Source: a virus
Direction: 5' to 3' (one strand)
IMG/VR virus record: IMGVR_UViG_3300044623_001092
DNA length: 64,000 nucleotides
The position numbers were made by a program, and so were the translations under genes. How positions within the stretch are numbered: the stretch's first letter is position 1; each line of letters begins with the position of its first letter. The notes under the pieces are model-generated. The model had not been told where the DNA came from. It saw only the letters and a list, made by a program, of their open reading frames with translations, and searched no databases. Positions 48,919 through 60,371 of this stretch are shown here, piece by piece.

Positions 48919-51900
48919 TTAATTAATCGCATTATATACGTCAATTGATTTTTTTACCTTATCTTCTAAGTTTTTCAACTTAGTTTTATCATAACTATTA
49001 TACACACTCATATCTTTCATCATAGGCCCCTTAATTGTTAAGTTATTAATAATTAAAAATTTTGCAATAGAGGATGCCGTCACCTCAACACTACCCATTC
49101 TTGATTTCCATCTACCAACAATAAATTTCAAATGATTATACAAGTCATTGAATACCGCATAGGGTAATATTGTACTATCATTCGCCGATGTCAAACAAAA
49201 AAATTGTTTATTACCTATAAAGTAAGTTTCTGAAGAACCCCAAGCACCATCAGATAATGTTACACCACCGTAGTTACTTTCATACGCAGTCATTTTAATA
49301 TCACCATTGGCCGATTCAACATATAAGGCCGCGAATACGACATACTGTAATACACTTCCATCAACACCATCCGATATTAAAACATTTTTAAGTTCATTTT
49401 TAACTTTAGAGAATGTTGAGTTATTCACGGTAGGGGTAATATCATGGAATTCATCATATGGTGCAACTGGTTTACATGTTTGTGGTTGTGTCAATTCTTT
49501 ATCACCACCACTAATCGCTTGTATTTTCTCTTGTTGTGATTTAGCAGTTCCATCAGCGTTTTTACTTTCCTTTTCTTTAGCCTCTTTATCCTTTTTATTA
49601 TTCTCAATAATACTTTTCAATAAGTTATTTTTCAATGTTTGGATATATCCATCAATCTTAGGTAAAGATGCCGTAGGTTGTCTAATACCTGTAATAATGG
49701 TTTCAAATGAACCTTGGGTAATTGAATGACTAACTGTTTGAATCATATATGGACCATTAAACATTGGTACATATCTTAAATTGAAATACATCGTCGGTTG
49801 TATTAACGCATTACCCATCATAGATACTGTACAGGTATAACTTCTATTCTTATATAAATTATACAAAGATAAACTTTGTGAACTACCACCTCTATTACCT
49901 GCTTGATTTGCCATTTGGTTAATCACCTCCAAAGATTCCACTGTTGATGAACTATTTTTTTGGTCAACCATAAACCCATAAAACATAGATTGATTTTGAG
50001 GCCCAATATCAACATTAAATCCAACAACCTTGTTAGACTTATCCCAATCTTTTTTACCGACTTGGTTTTCCACTAATGGATTATCAACACGTCTTAAATC
50101 AAACGCATCATTTCTGTATCTATAGTCAACGTTTTCTTTTAAATCCAATTGTTCAGATGGTTTACCCGCATAATAACAAACCATTTTAGGTCCCGATTCT
50201 CTATAATCAACATCCATAAATGTACCAAATAATGTATTTGCAAATTCTAAAGTACCTTCAGGTTTTGGTTTTGGGTTTTTACTAACGTCTTGTACATTAT
50301 AAAAATTCACATATGACGGTAAATTATGTACAACAAAATTGTTTTCCTGTAATATAGTTTGTACGAAAGATAACATACTAACTTTAGGGGAATCCAACAC
50401 GTTTTGTAATCTATTTTTTAATTTATATACGTCAACTAAAACTTTCTCCCCAATATTTCTACTAGCTCTATCCAATAACAATATATCTTCAAACAATGTT
50501 TTAACTTTAAAGTCATTACCCGATATCCACTTGTCATTTAATGATTTAAACGACTCCCAAAGTTCAATTTTTGATTGAGGTCCTTCCAAATCAGATACTA
50601 CTTGATTCTCAGGACTATTATTAACATTAGGTAATTTTTTATTTAAAGTTATCATGATATTATCAAAAACTTTATCTAAAAAATAATCTGTCTGTGTTAA
50701 ATAATCAGTCATTGACTGTAAAAACTTAGTGTTATTAAAGGTACTATCCTTTAATTTATTAGTCGCATAAATTTTAATTAATGGCGCCAAATCTTTAATA
50801 TTACTAATTTCAAATGAAACATTGTTATCAATAAAAAAGTCGGTAATATATGAACCATTATCATCATATTTTAATTTATCAATATTTGAGAAACCCACAT
50901 AAGTTTCAAGGGCTTTCCATTCATTAGGATAATTAGTTATTGATGTTACCAAATTTGTATTTGGTGGTAATGCGTTTGGTGTTACAATACTATAATCACC
51001 ATATTTGTATTGGTCTACAATATTTAAAAACGAAAATGTGTAAAAAAGTTTTTTATTGTAATTAGTTGGGTTACCAAATTTAATAATCTTTTTAGAATTC
51101 ATAAATTCAATAATTGTATTATTAAGATTTTCAACTTGTTTTAATTGTATATTTTCAATTAAATTTGTACTATTTGTACCAGTAGTTTTAGGGATTTTAG
51201 CTAAAGTTCTCATCATACTTTGGAAGTTGTGTGTAGGGTCCCCTTCCAAAGTATCGTAAATTGTTTTCGAATAATTTAAAAACTCTTGTTCAAGAATATC
51301 TAATACGTCTTTTTCAAAGACACTAAACATTTCACTAATATCGTCATAACCATTACTATCACCATTTATCGAAAAATTTTCTTGTGAAGATGTTAATCCT
51401 GTAAAAATTTCTTTTAAATATTGAGATGGTGTTGGTTTAATTAATTTATCAACATCAAAATATCCATAATTAGGTGCAGCCCAAAATGTTCTAACTGAAC
51501 CATTAAAAACCGCGGTATTACCCGTTACTTCAATTTTTTGTTCATTACCATTAAAACATTCTTGATATGTTTGATTAATTATAGAACCCTCAGAAGGCAT
51601 CAAATAGAAACTAGTATCATCTAAAGTTTTAACATATATTGACCAAGGTATTACTTTTAAATTTTTAGTATCCGCAGTACTAGTATTAAGTAAGTTAGTT
51701 GATTGATTAATTATAGCCCCATCAACGTAATTTAGAGTTAAACCTGACGCTATACCATATTGTATATCAGTTGACGTATATCCCGTATACAACATAAACC
51801 CTTGATAAAATACGTTAAAATCATTAAGTGTTTTAGGGTAAAATCCAACGTTTATTAATGATGAGGTATCAGTAAGGCCAGGTCCCATACTAATGGTTGT

Positions 51901-54900
51901 GTTTTTTTCCAATATAATATCAACATTACCACCACCAATTGTCAATGAGTATACTGTAGTTAATCCACTTGCAACAGGGTCATAATTTCCCGCATAATCA
52001 AAACTTTTCCAAGAATTATCTAAGATATCATTTCCCGTTTCAATATAGTTTTTATATCTATGCCAAATTGACCCATATTTTAATATCCAAGCATATGGTA
52101 CTCTATGAATAGCCCCAAATTTTTTCATAGTAGCAAAAATATAATCTAAATCAGTAGTAGAACCACCTGTATTTTTGGTTTTATATTTCTCCCTTAATGT
52201 CGCCAAAGGTAAACTATTTAAAAACAAATAAGCGGCCTCTTTATATGGGTATAAGTCAGAATTTCTAAAATTATCCACACCATTTTGGATTGCATTAACA
52301 AAATAAGGTGTGTTCATCATTGATACCGTTTGATTAGTATTAACATTCCCACTGTAATTTACGTATTTTAAATTACCTTCAGTAAAAAACTGTTTTTCAC
52401 TAGTTCTATCAGAATAATAATTTTTAACATCATTACTTTTAATACCATCCGAACTTTTTAAGAAATTACTAAAAGGTAAACAAACTGTTTTATCATCATC
52501 ACCACTTTTAAAGTTAGTAATTATTTTTTTACTTTTATTAAAGTTCAATACCTTGGTTGTATTAAACGCCACACTAGTATTTGCGATGGTTACACCATTT
52601 GCAAGATTTCCTTGTTCCCAATTTAAATCCGTAAATGGATATGTTTCAGTAAATGTCACAGAATTAGATGTTGTGGATGCTGATATATAATTAGTAATTA
52701 CAGGTTCAGTTTCTAATGAGATTGTTATATCTTTACCCGAAATTTCCGACATAATTTCAAATTGAGAATCATTAACATAGTTCTTTAAATAAACCGTATT
52801 GAATATCCCTCTAATATAGTTCTGCCAACTTAAACCAACTCCGTCATTTGATATATGTTTTAATGTTGGTATAATATTTCTCGAATTTAACGCATAATCT
52901 TTTAGTTTTAAAATTAAAAATGGATTACTATTAGATAATGATTTCAAGACATTGTTACTTTCAACGTCAGCAACAACTTGAGCAATACTATCAATTTCAC
53001 CCGTACCATAAACTCTACTTAATCGAGTATAATAAGTATAAATTAATAATCTTTCATATAATTCGTAGATAAATTTTACCTCTTCTTTATTACCAAAAAT
53101 CTCATTACTTGCAGGATATTCTATAGAATTTAATGTTATTCTTTGTGTTTGGGTTTCACCATTATTACCCGCCGTAGGGTCTGATGGTGGTGTTGTTCGT
53201 TCAACAAATCCTTTTATAAATTCCTCAACAAATTCAATTTCTGGCCACACATCAAATAAAAAACCTTTAGTTTTACTAACCACTTTAGAATCACCAGGAT
53301 ACTGTATTTCATATTTTTCATGACCATCTTCACCCGATGTCGAAACAATGTATTGTGGCCAAGGATAAACAGGTATATCACTACTCACATTAACATCTTT
53401 AGTATCAGGACTAGCGTTAGAAACATCTTTATCAAAGATAGCATCTTTTCTAATCTTATCATCCCTAACATTCCAAGCCTTAGTATGTACCTCATCTAAT
53501 AGACGTAAAAACGCTTCACCATTAGCAAAAATAACGGCTAACACATTTCGAATGTTAGGTGTAAACCCAATACCATTAGTTTTACTTACCAATAATTTTG
53601 ATAATGACTCTGTTAAAGCGGTCTCAATCTCTTCACGGATTACTTTTAAGTCTTTAGACATTTTACCCGTTAAATCCATAAAAGAATTAGAACCCTCAAA
53701 TTTAAACCATTCAGTTGGTAATATTTTAACATTATTAATGTTAACCTCATTTGTAACATTAAAAATACCAGCCTCTTTTAGTTCATTTTGAAAATTCTTA
53801 ATATCATCAGGTGATGGGTCAACTTTAACTTTTTTAACTTGTCTATATGTCGGAACATAATCAATTTCTGACGGTGTTATTGTTGCCGTAAAAATATTTT
53901 CAGTTATTCGGTTTTCAACTTGACATGTTTTACGGTTACCATCAATAGTATACCCACCATTTATTCCAACAGTTTTATTTTTATTTAATAAGTCATTATA
54001 CTCACCCAACTTACCAAATAATTCAGTTTTAGCGTTTTTTCGACTTTGTTCATCTGACAATTCTTTTTTAAAAGTATAAACTTTAGTTCCATCCTTTTTA
54101 ATTAAGAAATTGGTTCTATCCATATATTTATCAAACCAAGACCCTTTTCCATCCGATAAATATAAGAATATTTCTTTCTCATATTCATTCAAAGTACTCT
54201 GATAAGTATCAATATCGGTTATTGGGTCTAAATTAGCTTTAGTAAAAGAATCTAAAGTATTTTTAATAAAGTTTTCAATGTTATCCCTCATTTGTACAAT
54301 AGTTAACTCAGGAAAATCGTCAGGAATTAATCCTTTTGATTTATATTCATTGTACATTTCTTTCACTTTCTGATAACCTTTCTCAACAATAGCATTATCA
54401 ACGTTTGAAAAATTACTAGGTCCACCTTGTTGGGTTTGGACTTTTAATCTTGATTTATACATATGAGGTGTTGCAATAAGATACCCCATACTTATCTCAC
54501 CTAAAATAGTATATTTGTAAGTATAAAAATTTAAACTAATTTTAAAATTCCCATCACCTGAATCATATCGAGATGAAAAACTTTGTAACATTAACGCTAA
54601 TTTAACCGCTTTACCATAATAACCTTTAATAGTTAAATGGAATAATGGATAAGGTAAATTGAAGAATGCCGCGTATGGTGAATTATCCCCCGCTTCAAAT
54701 AACGCACGACCTTTAACGTCCTCTAATTGAATGTCTACTCGTGGCATAAATGAAAGGTCCTGATTAATACTAATACTTGTCATACCTAACAATCCATTGT
54801 CAGTTGCTCCTATATCACCATTAGATTTAGTTGTTTGTTTGATATACCAATCTTCTTTGTTTTTAGGATTAAAAATTTGTTTTTGTGTTGGTTGGTTAAT

Positions 54901-55215
54901 ACCTTTACCATCTAAAGAACTTTGTCCCGTTATTTCATTTGTATAGGCATTATCTAATAATCCTTTACCTCCAGGATTAAGAAAATTAATTGATGCCAAT
55001 GAAACTGTTTGGATAGCGTCACCATTTGCCGACCCTACCGATAATTTAGTTCTCGGTAATACTCTACACTCTAAGTTAGCATACATTACCAAGTTTTCTT
55101 GTTTTACATATCGTTCTTTTACATTACCATCTAAATCAACCACTTTATTGGGGTCAACAATTGTGATATTATTGTAATCAAATTCTACTAAAATATTTTC
55201 TATTTTATCTGCCAT
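48919..55215 (-). CDS. large baseplate hub protein (gp27/GpD-like termini) with possible C-terminal glucosaminidase-like domain
   Basis: N-terminal GMTSISI...PRVDIQLEDVKG; C-terminal YTCTVSMMGNALIQP.MYF.L..VPMFNGPYMI..VSHSI....FET...GIR hub motif. Confidence 0.65.
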   Translation of the reverse strand: MADKIENILVEFDYNNITIVDPNKVVDLDGNVKERYVKQENLVMYANLECRVLPRTKLSVGSANGDAIQTVSLASINFLNPGGKGLLDNAYTNEITGQSSLDGKGINQPTQKQIFNPKNKEDWYIKQTTKSNGDIGATDNGLLGMTSISINQDLSFMPRVDIQLEDVKGRALFEAGDNSPYAAFFNLPYPLFHLTIKGYYGKAVKLALMLQSFSSRYDSGDGNFKISLNFYTYKYTILGEISMGYLIATPHMYKSRLKVQTQQGGPSNFSNVDNAIVEKGYQKVKEMYNEYKSKGLIPDDFPELTIVQMRDNIENFIKNTLDSFTKANLDPITDIDTYQSTLNEYEKEIFLYLSDGKGSWFDKYMDRTNFLIKKDGTKVYTFKKELSDEQSRKNAKTELFGKLGEYNDLLNKNKTVGINGGYTIDGNRKTCQVENRITENIFTATITPSEIDYVPTYRQVKKVKVDPSPDDIKNFQNELKEAGIFNVTNEVNINNVKILPTEWFKFEGSNSFMDLTGKMSKDLKVIREEIETALTESLSKLLVSKTNGIGFTPNIRNVLAVIFANGEAFLRLLDEVHTKAWNVRDDKIRKDAIFDKDVSNASPDTKDVNVSSDIPVYPWPQYIVSTSGEDGHEKYEIQYPGDSKVVSKTKGFLFDVWPEIEFVEEFIKGFVERTTPPSDPTAGNNGETQTQRITLNSIEYPASNEIFGNKEEVKFIYELYERLLIYTYYTRLSRVYGTGEIDSIAQVVADVESNNVLKSLSNSNPFLILKLKDYALNSRNIIPTLKHISNDGVGLSWQNYIRGIFNTVYLKNYVNDSQFEIMSEISGKDITISLETEPVITNYISASTTSNSVTFTETYPFTDLNWEQGNLANGVTIANTSVAFNTTKVLNFNKSKKIITNFKSGDDDKTVCLPFSNFLKSSDGIKSNDVKNYYSDRTSEKQFFTEGNLKYVNYSGNVNTNQTVSMMNTPYFVNAIQNGVDNFRNSDLYPYKEAAYLFLNSLPLATLREKYKTKNTGGSTTDLDYIFATMKKFGAIHRVPYAWILKYGSIWHRYKNYIETGNDILDNSWKSFDYAGNYDPVASGLTTVYSLTIGGGNVDIILEKNTTISMGPGLTDTSSLINVGFYPKTLNDFNVFYQGFMLYTGYTSTDIQYGIASGLTLNYVDGAIINQSTNLLNTSTADTKNLKVIPWSIYVKTLDDTSFYLMPSEGSIINQTYQECFNGNEQKIEVTGNTAVFNGSVRTFWAAPNYGYFDVDKLIKPTPSQYLKEIFTGLTSSQENFSINGDSNGYDDISEMFSVFEKDVLDILEQEFLNYSKTIYDTLEGDPTHNFQSMMRTLAKIPKTTGTNSTNLIENIQLKQVENLNNTIIEFMNSKKIIKFGNPTNYNKKLFYTFSFLNIVDQYKYGDYSIVTPNALPPNTNLVTSITNYPNEWKALETYVGFSNIDKLKYDDNGSYITDFFIDNNVSFEISNIKDLAPLIKIYATNKLKDSTFNNTKFLQSMTDYLTQTDYFLDKVFDNIMITLNKKLPNVNNSPENQVVSDLEGPQSKIELWESFKSLNDKWISGNDFKVKTLFEDILLLDRASRNIGEKVLVDVYKLKNRLQNVLDSPKVSMLSFVQTILQENNFVVHNLPSYVNFYNVQDVSKNPKPKPEGTLEFANTLFGTFMDVDYRESGPKMVCYYAGKPSEQLDLKENVDYRYRNDAFDLRRVDNPLVENQVGKKDWDKSNKVVGFNVDIGPQNQSMFYGFMVDQKNSSSTVESLEVINQMANQAGNRGGSSQSLSLYNLYKNRSYTCTVSMMGNALIQPTMYFNLRYVPMFNGPYMIQTVSHSITQGSFETIITGIRQPTASLPKIDGYIQTLKNNLLKSIIENNKKDKEAKEKESKNADGTAKSQQEKIQAISGGDKELTQPQTCKPVAPYDEFHDITPTVNNSTFSKVKNELKNVLISDGVDGSVLQYVVFAALYVESANGDIKMTAYESNYGGVTLSDGAWGSSETYFIGNKQFFCLTSANDSTILPYAVFNDLYNHLKFIVGRWKSRMGSVEVTASSIAKFLIINNLTIKGPMMKDMSVYNSYDKTKLKNLEDKVKKSIDVYNAIN

Positions 55216-55531
55216 AATATAAGAAGTGGTTATCTAATGCGTTTTTATAATCTTGTAAAGAAGCTACTAAAGGAACTGGAATTGTCAAGATTGAACCATC
55301 AGGAATATTCCATTCCAATCCTCCGTACATGGGATTAGCAATTAAAATTAACCACCCAAAGTATGGGGAACCATAATATTGTTGTGATAAAATATCTAAT
55401 CTTGATTGTCCAACCTTGTAAATATATCGTTTATCACTAGTTTTAGTTGGTAATGTAATATACGGAACAACCGTTTGTTCACCATTTAAAACAAAATTGT
55501 TATATCTGTTATAATATTGTCTTCCAGCCAT
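55205..55531 (-). CDS. LysM-like baseplate wedge protein (gp53/P2 gpX-like)
   Basis: YKVGQSRLDILSQQYYGSPYFGWLILIANP......IPDG.ILTIP. Confidence 0.85.
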   Translation of the reverse strand: MAGRQYYNRYNNFVLNGEQTVVPYITLPTKTSDKRYIYKVGQSRLDILSQQYYGSPYFGWLILIANPMYGGLEWNIPDGSILTIPVPLVASLQDYKNALDNHFLYYGR

Positions 55532-58500
55532 TATATCGTTATTTTACCATCAAAAGTTGATAATACTGTAGCATCGGAACCATAATTAGTTGTACCATAA
55601 ATATTTTTAAGGGTCTGTTCTTGAACTTCGTTATTTGTGTCGTCTTTAATTGTATTATAATCCATTCTTCTAACTTTACCTTTAGGATACATAACTTCAC
55701 TAATACCCGTAGTATATTTAGTATATTCTTTATCTTTCTTAAAATCACTAATAAGTTTTTCCTCTTTCTTTAATTCTTTAAGATAATCGTCAGATAATTT
55801 ATCACAAATTTTATTAAAATATTTTTTAATTTTTTTGTTTACATCATTAGTTAAAGGACCTGAAATAACAAAATCTTTAAAACCTTGTAATTTACTACTA
55901 TCGGTTAAAACTCTTGCCATCACCATAAAAAACAGTACATTACTAATATCAGTTAATGGTTTAAATGGTTCACCATCACCAATATTAAAGTCTTCAATTA
56001 TTAACTTTTTAGTTTTTAATAATTTATAAAAATCCTCTAAACTTTTTGGTAATTTGTCGTAATCAGTTTCAAATTCAATAAACGTATTAGCGGCAATACT
56101 TGTACTACTAACATCACCTTGTTTTGTCGAACCACTAAGATTATATACTTCAGGTGTTAACCCATCTTTAATTATACCATCAGTTTTAGTTTTTACTAAA
56201 TTAAGTTGTCTTATCAAACCTAATAATTCATTTTGTTGTGACACCATATCACCAATAATAGTTGATAATCCTGAATTATAATCACTAACCATGTTATTCA
56301 CATATTGTTCCATGTTTTGTCTCAACAAAGTCATACCAACAGTTCCATCATCAATATTTTTATCGTCCAAAATATATCCAATTATTGGATTAACATTACC
56401 AACTTTAATAAATGTAATTACTTTTTCAAACAATGTTTTAGTTTGTTCAGTTATATCGGGTTTACCATAAATTATGTTAGTTCTATTTACGACCCCAATA
56501 GTACCATCCGTATATTGACGAGTACCAATATTATTCATCATTTGTAAAGTACCATAGTTATATTGTAAAACCACTTTTTCCATTTGATTTGGAATATTAG
56601 TATAATACTTAGTGGACACATCTAATAAACTATCCATAACTTTACCATACAGAATTTCTCCCGTATCACCAATAGTTGCTGGTGTTGTTTTAATTTCACC
56701 AATTGGTGTTCCACCTTTATTCGGTTGCTGATTATTAACCGTTTCATTTTTACCGTTACTTGAATTTGCAACAATAGAGTCAAATATTTTTTTATCTAAG
56801 GCCGAAGTATCTTCAGTTGCCGTAGCTCTTTCGTCATAAATCTCAGTATTCGCATAATAATTGAAAGACAACGCGTTCTGTAATTGGTCAACAGGTCCTT
56901 TTAACCCCATACCACCAATTATGTTAAAACCTAAACTAACCTCAACTATCATTGGTTGAACTCCAATACCTTCAGGGTTCATATCAAATAATAATGGGTC
57001 ATATGTGAAACTAAGATTATTAGGTATAATTTTAGTATGATAGAAATCACCAATCCTAAGTACTAAGACAGGTGCTGAACCAAATGATGTATTTGTCGCA
57101 TCATTATAAACAGGTTTCCCATCAGGACCAATAACAGGAATCGTATCACCAGGTCTAACACATTGATTTAAAAATGTTATACGAGAATTTAACCCTTCAG
57201 GTGTCATTGAGTGAAACGCTGGATTGAAGTACTTAATTTTTTCTTTAAATGAACTATAAATCATCGGGTCATTTTCTTTAATCATGTCAAAATAATCACA
57301 TTCTGACAATAAAGCCCTTAACACTTTTTTACTTAACCCTTCTTTAAAAGTTTTACTAACATCCTTAGTTGGTTGTGGTTTTAATGGTGTTATTTTATTC
57401 TCAATAGTTTCAGGTTTTTCAATAACAGGAGGTGGTGGTGGTGGCATAGGTTCCGCAGTTATATTTTTGATATTAACACGTCTACAAGCCATCGCACTTA
57501 ACGCATATTTTTGAGATACCGCATTACTAACACCTGTACTCCCTGATATATCAATATGACAATCTATAGATTCACCTGAACCCCCATCACCTTTTGGTAC
57601 TATCACGGTTTCAATTTCACCTTTAGCAGTTGCTGAAACAACTTTAAATTGTTCTTTACCAGCAACCATAAATTCACCTAAATTAGCCTCACCTATTTTT
57701 GTCGTTTTAAAAAATTCTTTAACAGAACTAATTCTTCGTTCTGATAATGATTTATTATAATCAACTGAAGCAACGGCCGATGCCGAACCAACCATAGTTA
57801 TAGTAATACTTTTTAATGTTTTACTTTTAAGTAAATTATAGGCCTCAACAATAAAACCATCAGTTTTTGTAATTGTTTCATAATTCCATTTAATTAAATT
57901 AAAAAAGGCATCCGTATTACGATTGATGTTACCTTCATCAAATGTTACTTTTGATTTATTATAATAGTTATCAATATTACTATCACTAGTATATACGTCA
58001 TAAGTTCCTTTATAATTAGTTCCCGATGTTTTAGGTATATCATTTTCAAAGTAAAAAGAAAAATCTTTATACTTATTTTCAAATTCTTTTGCCGCGGTAT
58101 CCGAAGTTGTTGATGTCTTTTGTGGGTCACCTGTACTAGCGGCATTACCACCTGTACTCGTATTTTGGGCTGGTATCGACTGTTTTAACGTTGATAATTC
58201 TTCAGGTGTTAATCTTGGGTTGTTTAATGCGTTTTGTATTTGTTCTAATTCGGAAACAGGTACTTTGTTATATTTTAGAGCTAAAGTATATAAATCAAAT
58301 TTAGCACAACCCGCAAAAAACGATTCAATAATAGAATTAGTTCGTTCTGAACTAGCATCCTTTAATTGGTGATTCACAATTAAATTCAAAACCGATGGGT
58401 GGTCAACTACTATTTTCCAAGATAAACTACCCGTTCTACTCGTATCTTTATAAGTATAAATTGGTTCAGGTCTACCGATAAAACTAGTTGGATTCCAATT

Positions 58501-60333
58501 CGCCTGACTTGAATCATTAAACTTAATGTCATACGGTGGAAACCACATAACACGTCCACCATTTGGACCTCTTTCACATACAGGCAAATCACTTACTCGG
58601 AACCCATCACGTCCTGAAGTTCTCCAAGCTAAATTCTCAATTGAGAACATATATTTTTTAGCGTAACCCCCAGCATCATTCCAACCCGTTCCAGCAACAA
58701 TATTTGATGACCCAGGATTCTTTAACGGAGCAATATTAAGGTTAAACGTATTATCTAATACAGAATTATTAAATTGTCGACCTGAAGTAGTAATACCATC
58801 AGTTTTTTGTAAATCGGAGTAAGTATAATACGGTGTATCTTTAGCAAATACTCGACAATATTCAACCCCCGCCTCAGCACCTGTCGTATTATCTGTATAT
58901 GATACAACTTGAGAACCTTTAGTCATTTCTTTATAACCATCATTAAACACTTTGGAAACTTGATTAATTGCGTTACCAACATGTTTTAATCTATTTGGAC
59001 CCGTAACGTTATCCGCAGAATTAATTAATTTTTGAGTATTATCAAGTATTGAATCATTTTTTAATTTTAAATTAGTCGATTCATTGCTTTGATATTTAGA
59101 ACTAATAATATTAAATTCTTCATCAACACCACCTGTTCCACCACCAACTGTTGGACGAAATCCAGCATTACCTTTATACTTTGGTGATGTCCAAACAAAA
59201 TTACCATCAATACTTTTACCATCACCATTTAAACCAAAATTTAAAGTACTAATGTTACCCTCATATAATTTAGAAATCTCATCAGGACCATAAACAGGTG
59301 CCAATACTTGTTTACCACTAGAGTTAACAGGAATTTGATTTGCTGGTGAAGTAATTTGAGATGGGTCTGAATTTGGACTACCGATATAAAAACTACTTGT
59401 TACCGTACCATTAGGATTTATAGCATTAGCAATACTATTAACTAATCCGACAACCGCACCTATAGGTCCACCAATTTCTGAGTCATAATTAGGTGAATAT
59501 TTATTATAATATAAATTGGCAAATAAAGCCGACTTTTGACCATTACCCGTATTAGCTAAAAATATTTGTGAAGGGTTTCTTTTTAAATTTAAAATAGGTC
59601 CAAGTAATCCTCCCGTTAAATCATTAACGGTACTTAAAGCTCCCGAAGTTTGTGACGTTGGTAAACTATTATTAGTATTTTCTTCAAAATAATCACCAGG
59701 GATAAATGAAACGGGCCAATAAGCCCCCGCAAGTCTTGTGGCGAAATCCGCCGCCGCGATTATAGGATTTTCAGGAATTGTTATCTTCCAATTTCTATAA
59801 ATTAATGGTTGTTGTCCTGTGGCGATTAAGGCAGCTTGAAATGGGTCTTGTAATGAACTTAAATTAACAACACCAACAGTACTTTGGTATATTTCAAAAT
59901 TTATTCTATCTTCAAACGCTTTCTTTAAAAAAGTCGCACCTAATTTAGCTAGATAAGAATCTTGAGATAATGAACCATCAGAACCTGTTGGATTATTATT
60001 AAGTAATATTGAATATGGTGTATATTTTGACGGTAAAAAACTTTCTAAGTATGGACCTTGATTTGGTGCGTTATTTAACACCTGAAAATCATACATACTT
60101 AAATTGTACCCACCGTTAGGACCAAAACCATTAATAACATAATAATTAGTCGGAGACAAAATATTAAGATTATTAGGGGAATCAATTACACTAAAATTAC
60201 TTAAACTTGTTTCATAATTAATAGCACCACTTGGTGGACTATAAGTACCTGTAACACTATAGGGACTTAAATTTTTTACAATTAAAGTATTTCTAAAACT
60301 TGTCGTAGATGCAAATGATAATGGACTTGGCAT
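55531..60333 (-). CDS. tail-tube initiator-like baseplate protein with inserted OmpA-like domain
   Basis: FPPYDIKFND...NW....FIGRPEPIYTY....R.GSLSW and PVLVLRIGDF...IIP..LSF.Y...MIVEVSLGF; OmpA-like FYFEND...GSAS.....YNKSLSERR..SV...RRV. Confidence 0.65.
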   Translation of the reverse strand: MPSPLSFASTTSFRNTLIVKNLSPYSVTGTYSPPSGAINYETSLSNFSVIDSPNNLNILSPTNYYVINGFGPNGGYNLSMYDFQVLNNAPNQGPYLESFLPSKYTPYSILLNNNPTGSDGSLSQDSYLAKLGATFLKKAFEDRINFEIYQSTVGVVNLSSLQDPFQAALIATGQQPLIYRNWKITIPENPIIAAADFATRLAGAYWPVSFIPGDYFEENTNNSLPTSQTSGALSTVNDLTGGLLGPILNLKRNPSQIFLANTGNGQKSALFANLYYNKYSPNYDSEIGGPIGAVVGLVNSIANAINPNGTVTSSFYIGSPNSDPSQITSPANQIPVNSSGKQVLAPVYGPDEISKLYEGNISTLNFGLNGDGKSIDGNFVWTSPKYKGNAGFRPTVGGGTGGVDEEFNIISSKYQSNESTNLKLKNDSILDNTQKLINSADNVTGPNRLKHVGNAINQVSKVFNDGYKEMTKGSQVVSYTDNTTGAEAGVEYCRVFAKDTPYYTYSDLQKTDGITTSGRQFNNSVLDNTFNLNIAPLKNPGSSNIVAGTGWNDAGGYAKKYMFSIENLAWRTSGRDGFRVSDLPVCERGPNGGRVMWFPPYDIKFNDSSQANWNPTSFIGRPEPIYTYKDTSRTGSLSWKIVVDHPSVLNLIVNHQLKDASSERTNSIIESFFAGCAKFDLYTLALKYNKVPVSELEQIQNALNNPRLTPEELSTLKQSIPAQNTSTGGNAASTGDPQKTSTTSDTAAKEFENKYKDFSFYFENDIPKTSGTNYKGTYDVYTSDSNIDNYYNKSKVTFDEGNINRNTDAFFNLIKWNYETITKTDGFIVEAYNLLKSKTLKSITITMVGSASAVASVDYNKSLSERRISSVKEFFKTTKIGEANLGEFMVAGKEQFKVVSATAKGEIETVIVPKGDGGSGESIDCHIDISGSTGVSNAVSQKYALSAMACRRVNIKNITAEPMPPPPPPVIEKPETIENKITPLKPQPTKDVSKTFKEGLSKKVLRALLSECDYFDMIKENDPMIYSSFKEKIKYFNPAFHSMTPEGLNSRITFLNQCVRPGDTIPVIGPDGKPVYNDATNTSFGSAPVLVLRIGDFYHTKIIPNNLSFTYDPLLFDMNPEGIGVQPMIVEVSLGFNIIGGMGLKGPVDQLQNALSFNYYANTEIYDERATATEDTSALDKKIFDSIVANSSNGKNETVNNQQPNKGGTPIGEIKTTPATIGDTGEILYGKVMDSLLDVSTKYYTNIPNQMEKVVLQYNYGTLQMMNNIGTRQYTDGTIGVVNRTNIIYGKPDITEQTKTLFEKVITFIKVGNVNPIIGYILDDKNIDDGTVGMTLLRQNMEQYVNNMVSDYNSGLSTIIGDMVSQQNELLGLIRQLNLVKTKTDGIIKDGLTPEVYNLSGSTKQGDVSSTSIAANTFIEFETDYDKLPKSLEDFYKLLKTKKLIIEDFNIGDGEPFKPLTDISNVLFFMVMARVLTDSSKLQGFKDFVISGPLTNDVNKKIKKYFNKICDKLSDDYLKELKKEEKLISDFKKDKEYTKYTTGISEVMYPKGKVRRMDYNTIKDDTNNEVQEQTLKNIYGTTNYGSDATVLSTFDGKITI

Positions 60334-60371
60334 TTTTATTATTTTAATATAAATAGATTATCGAACTGTTT

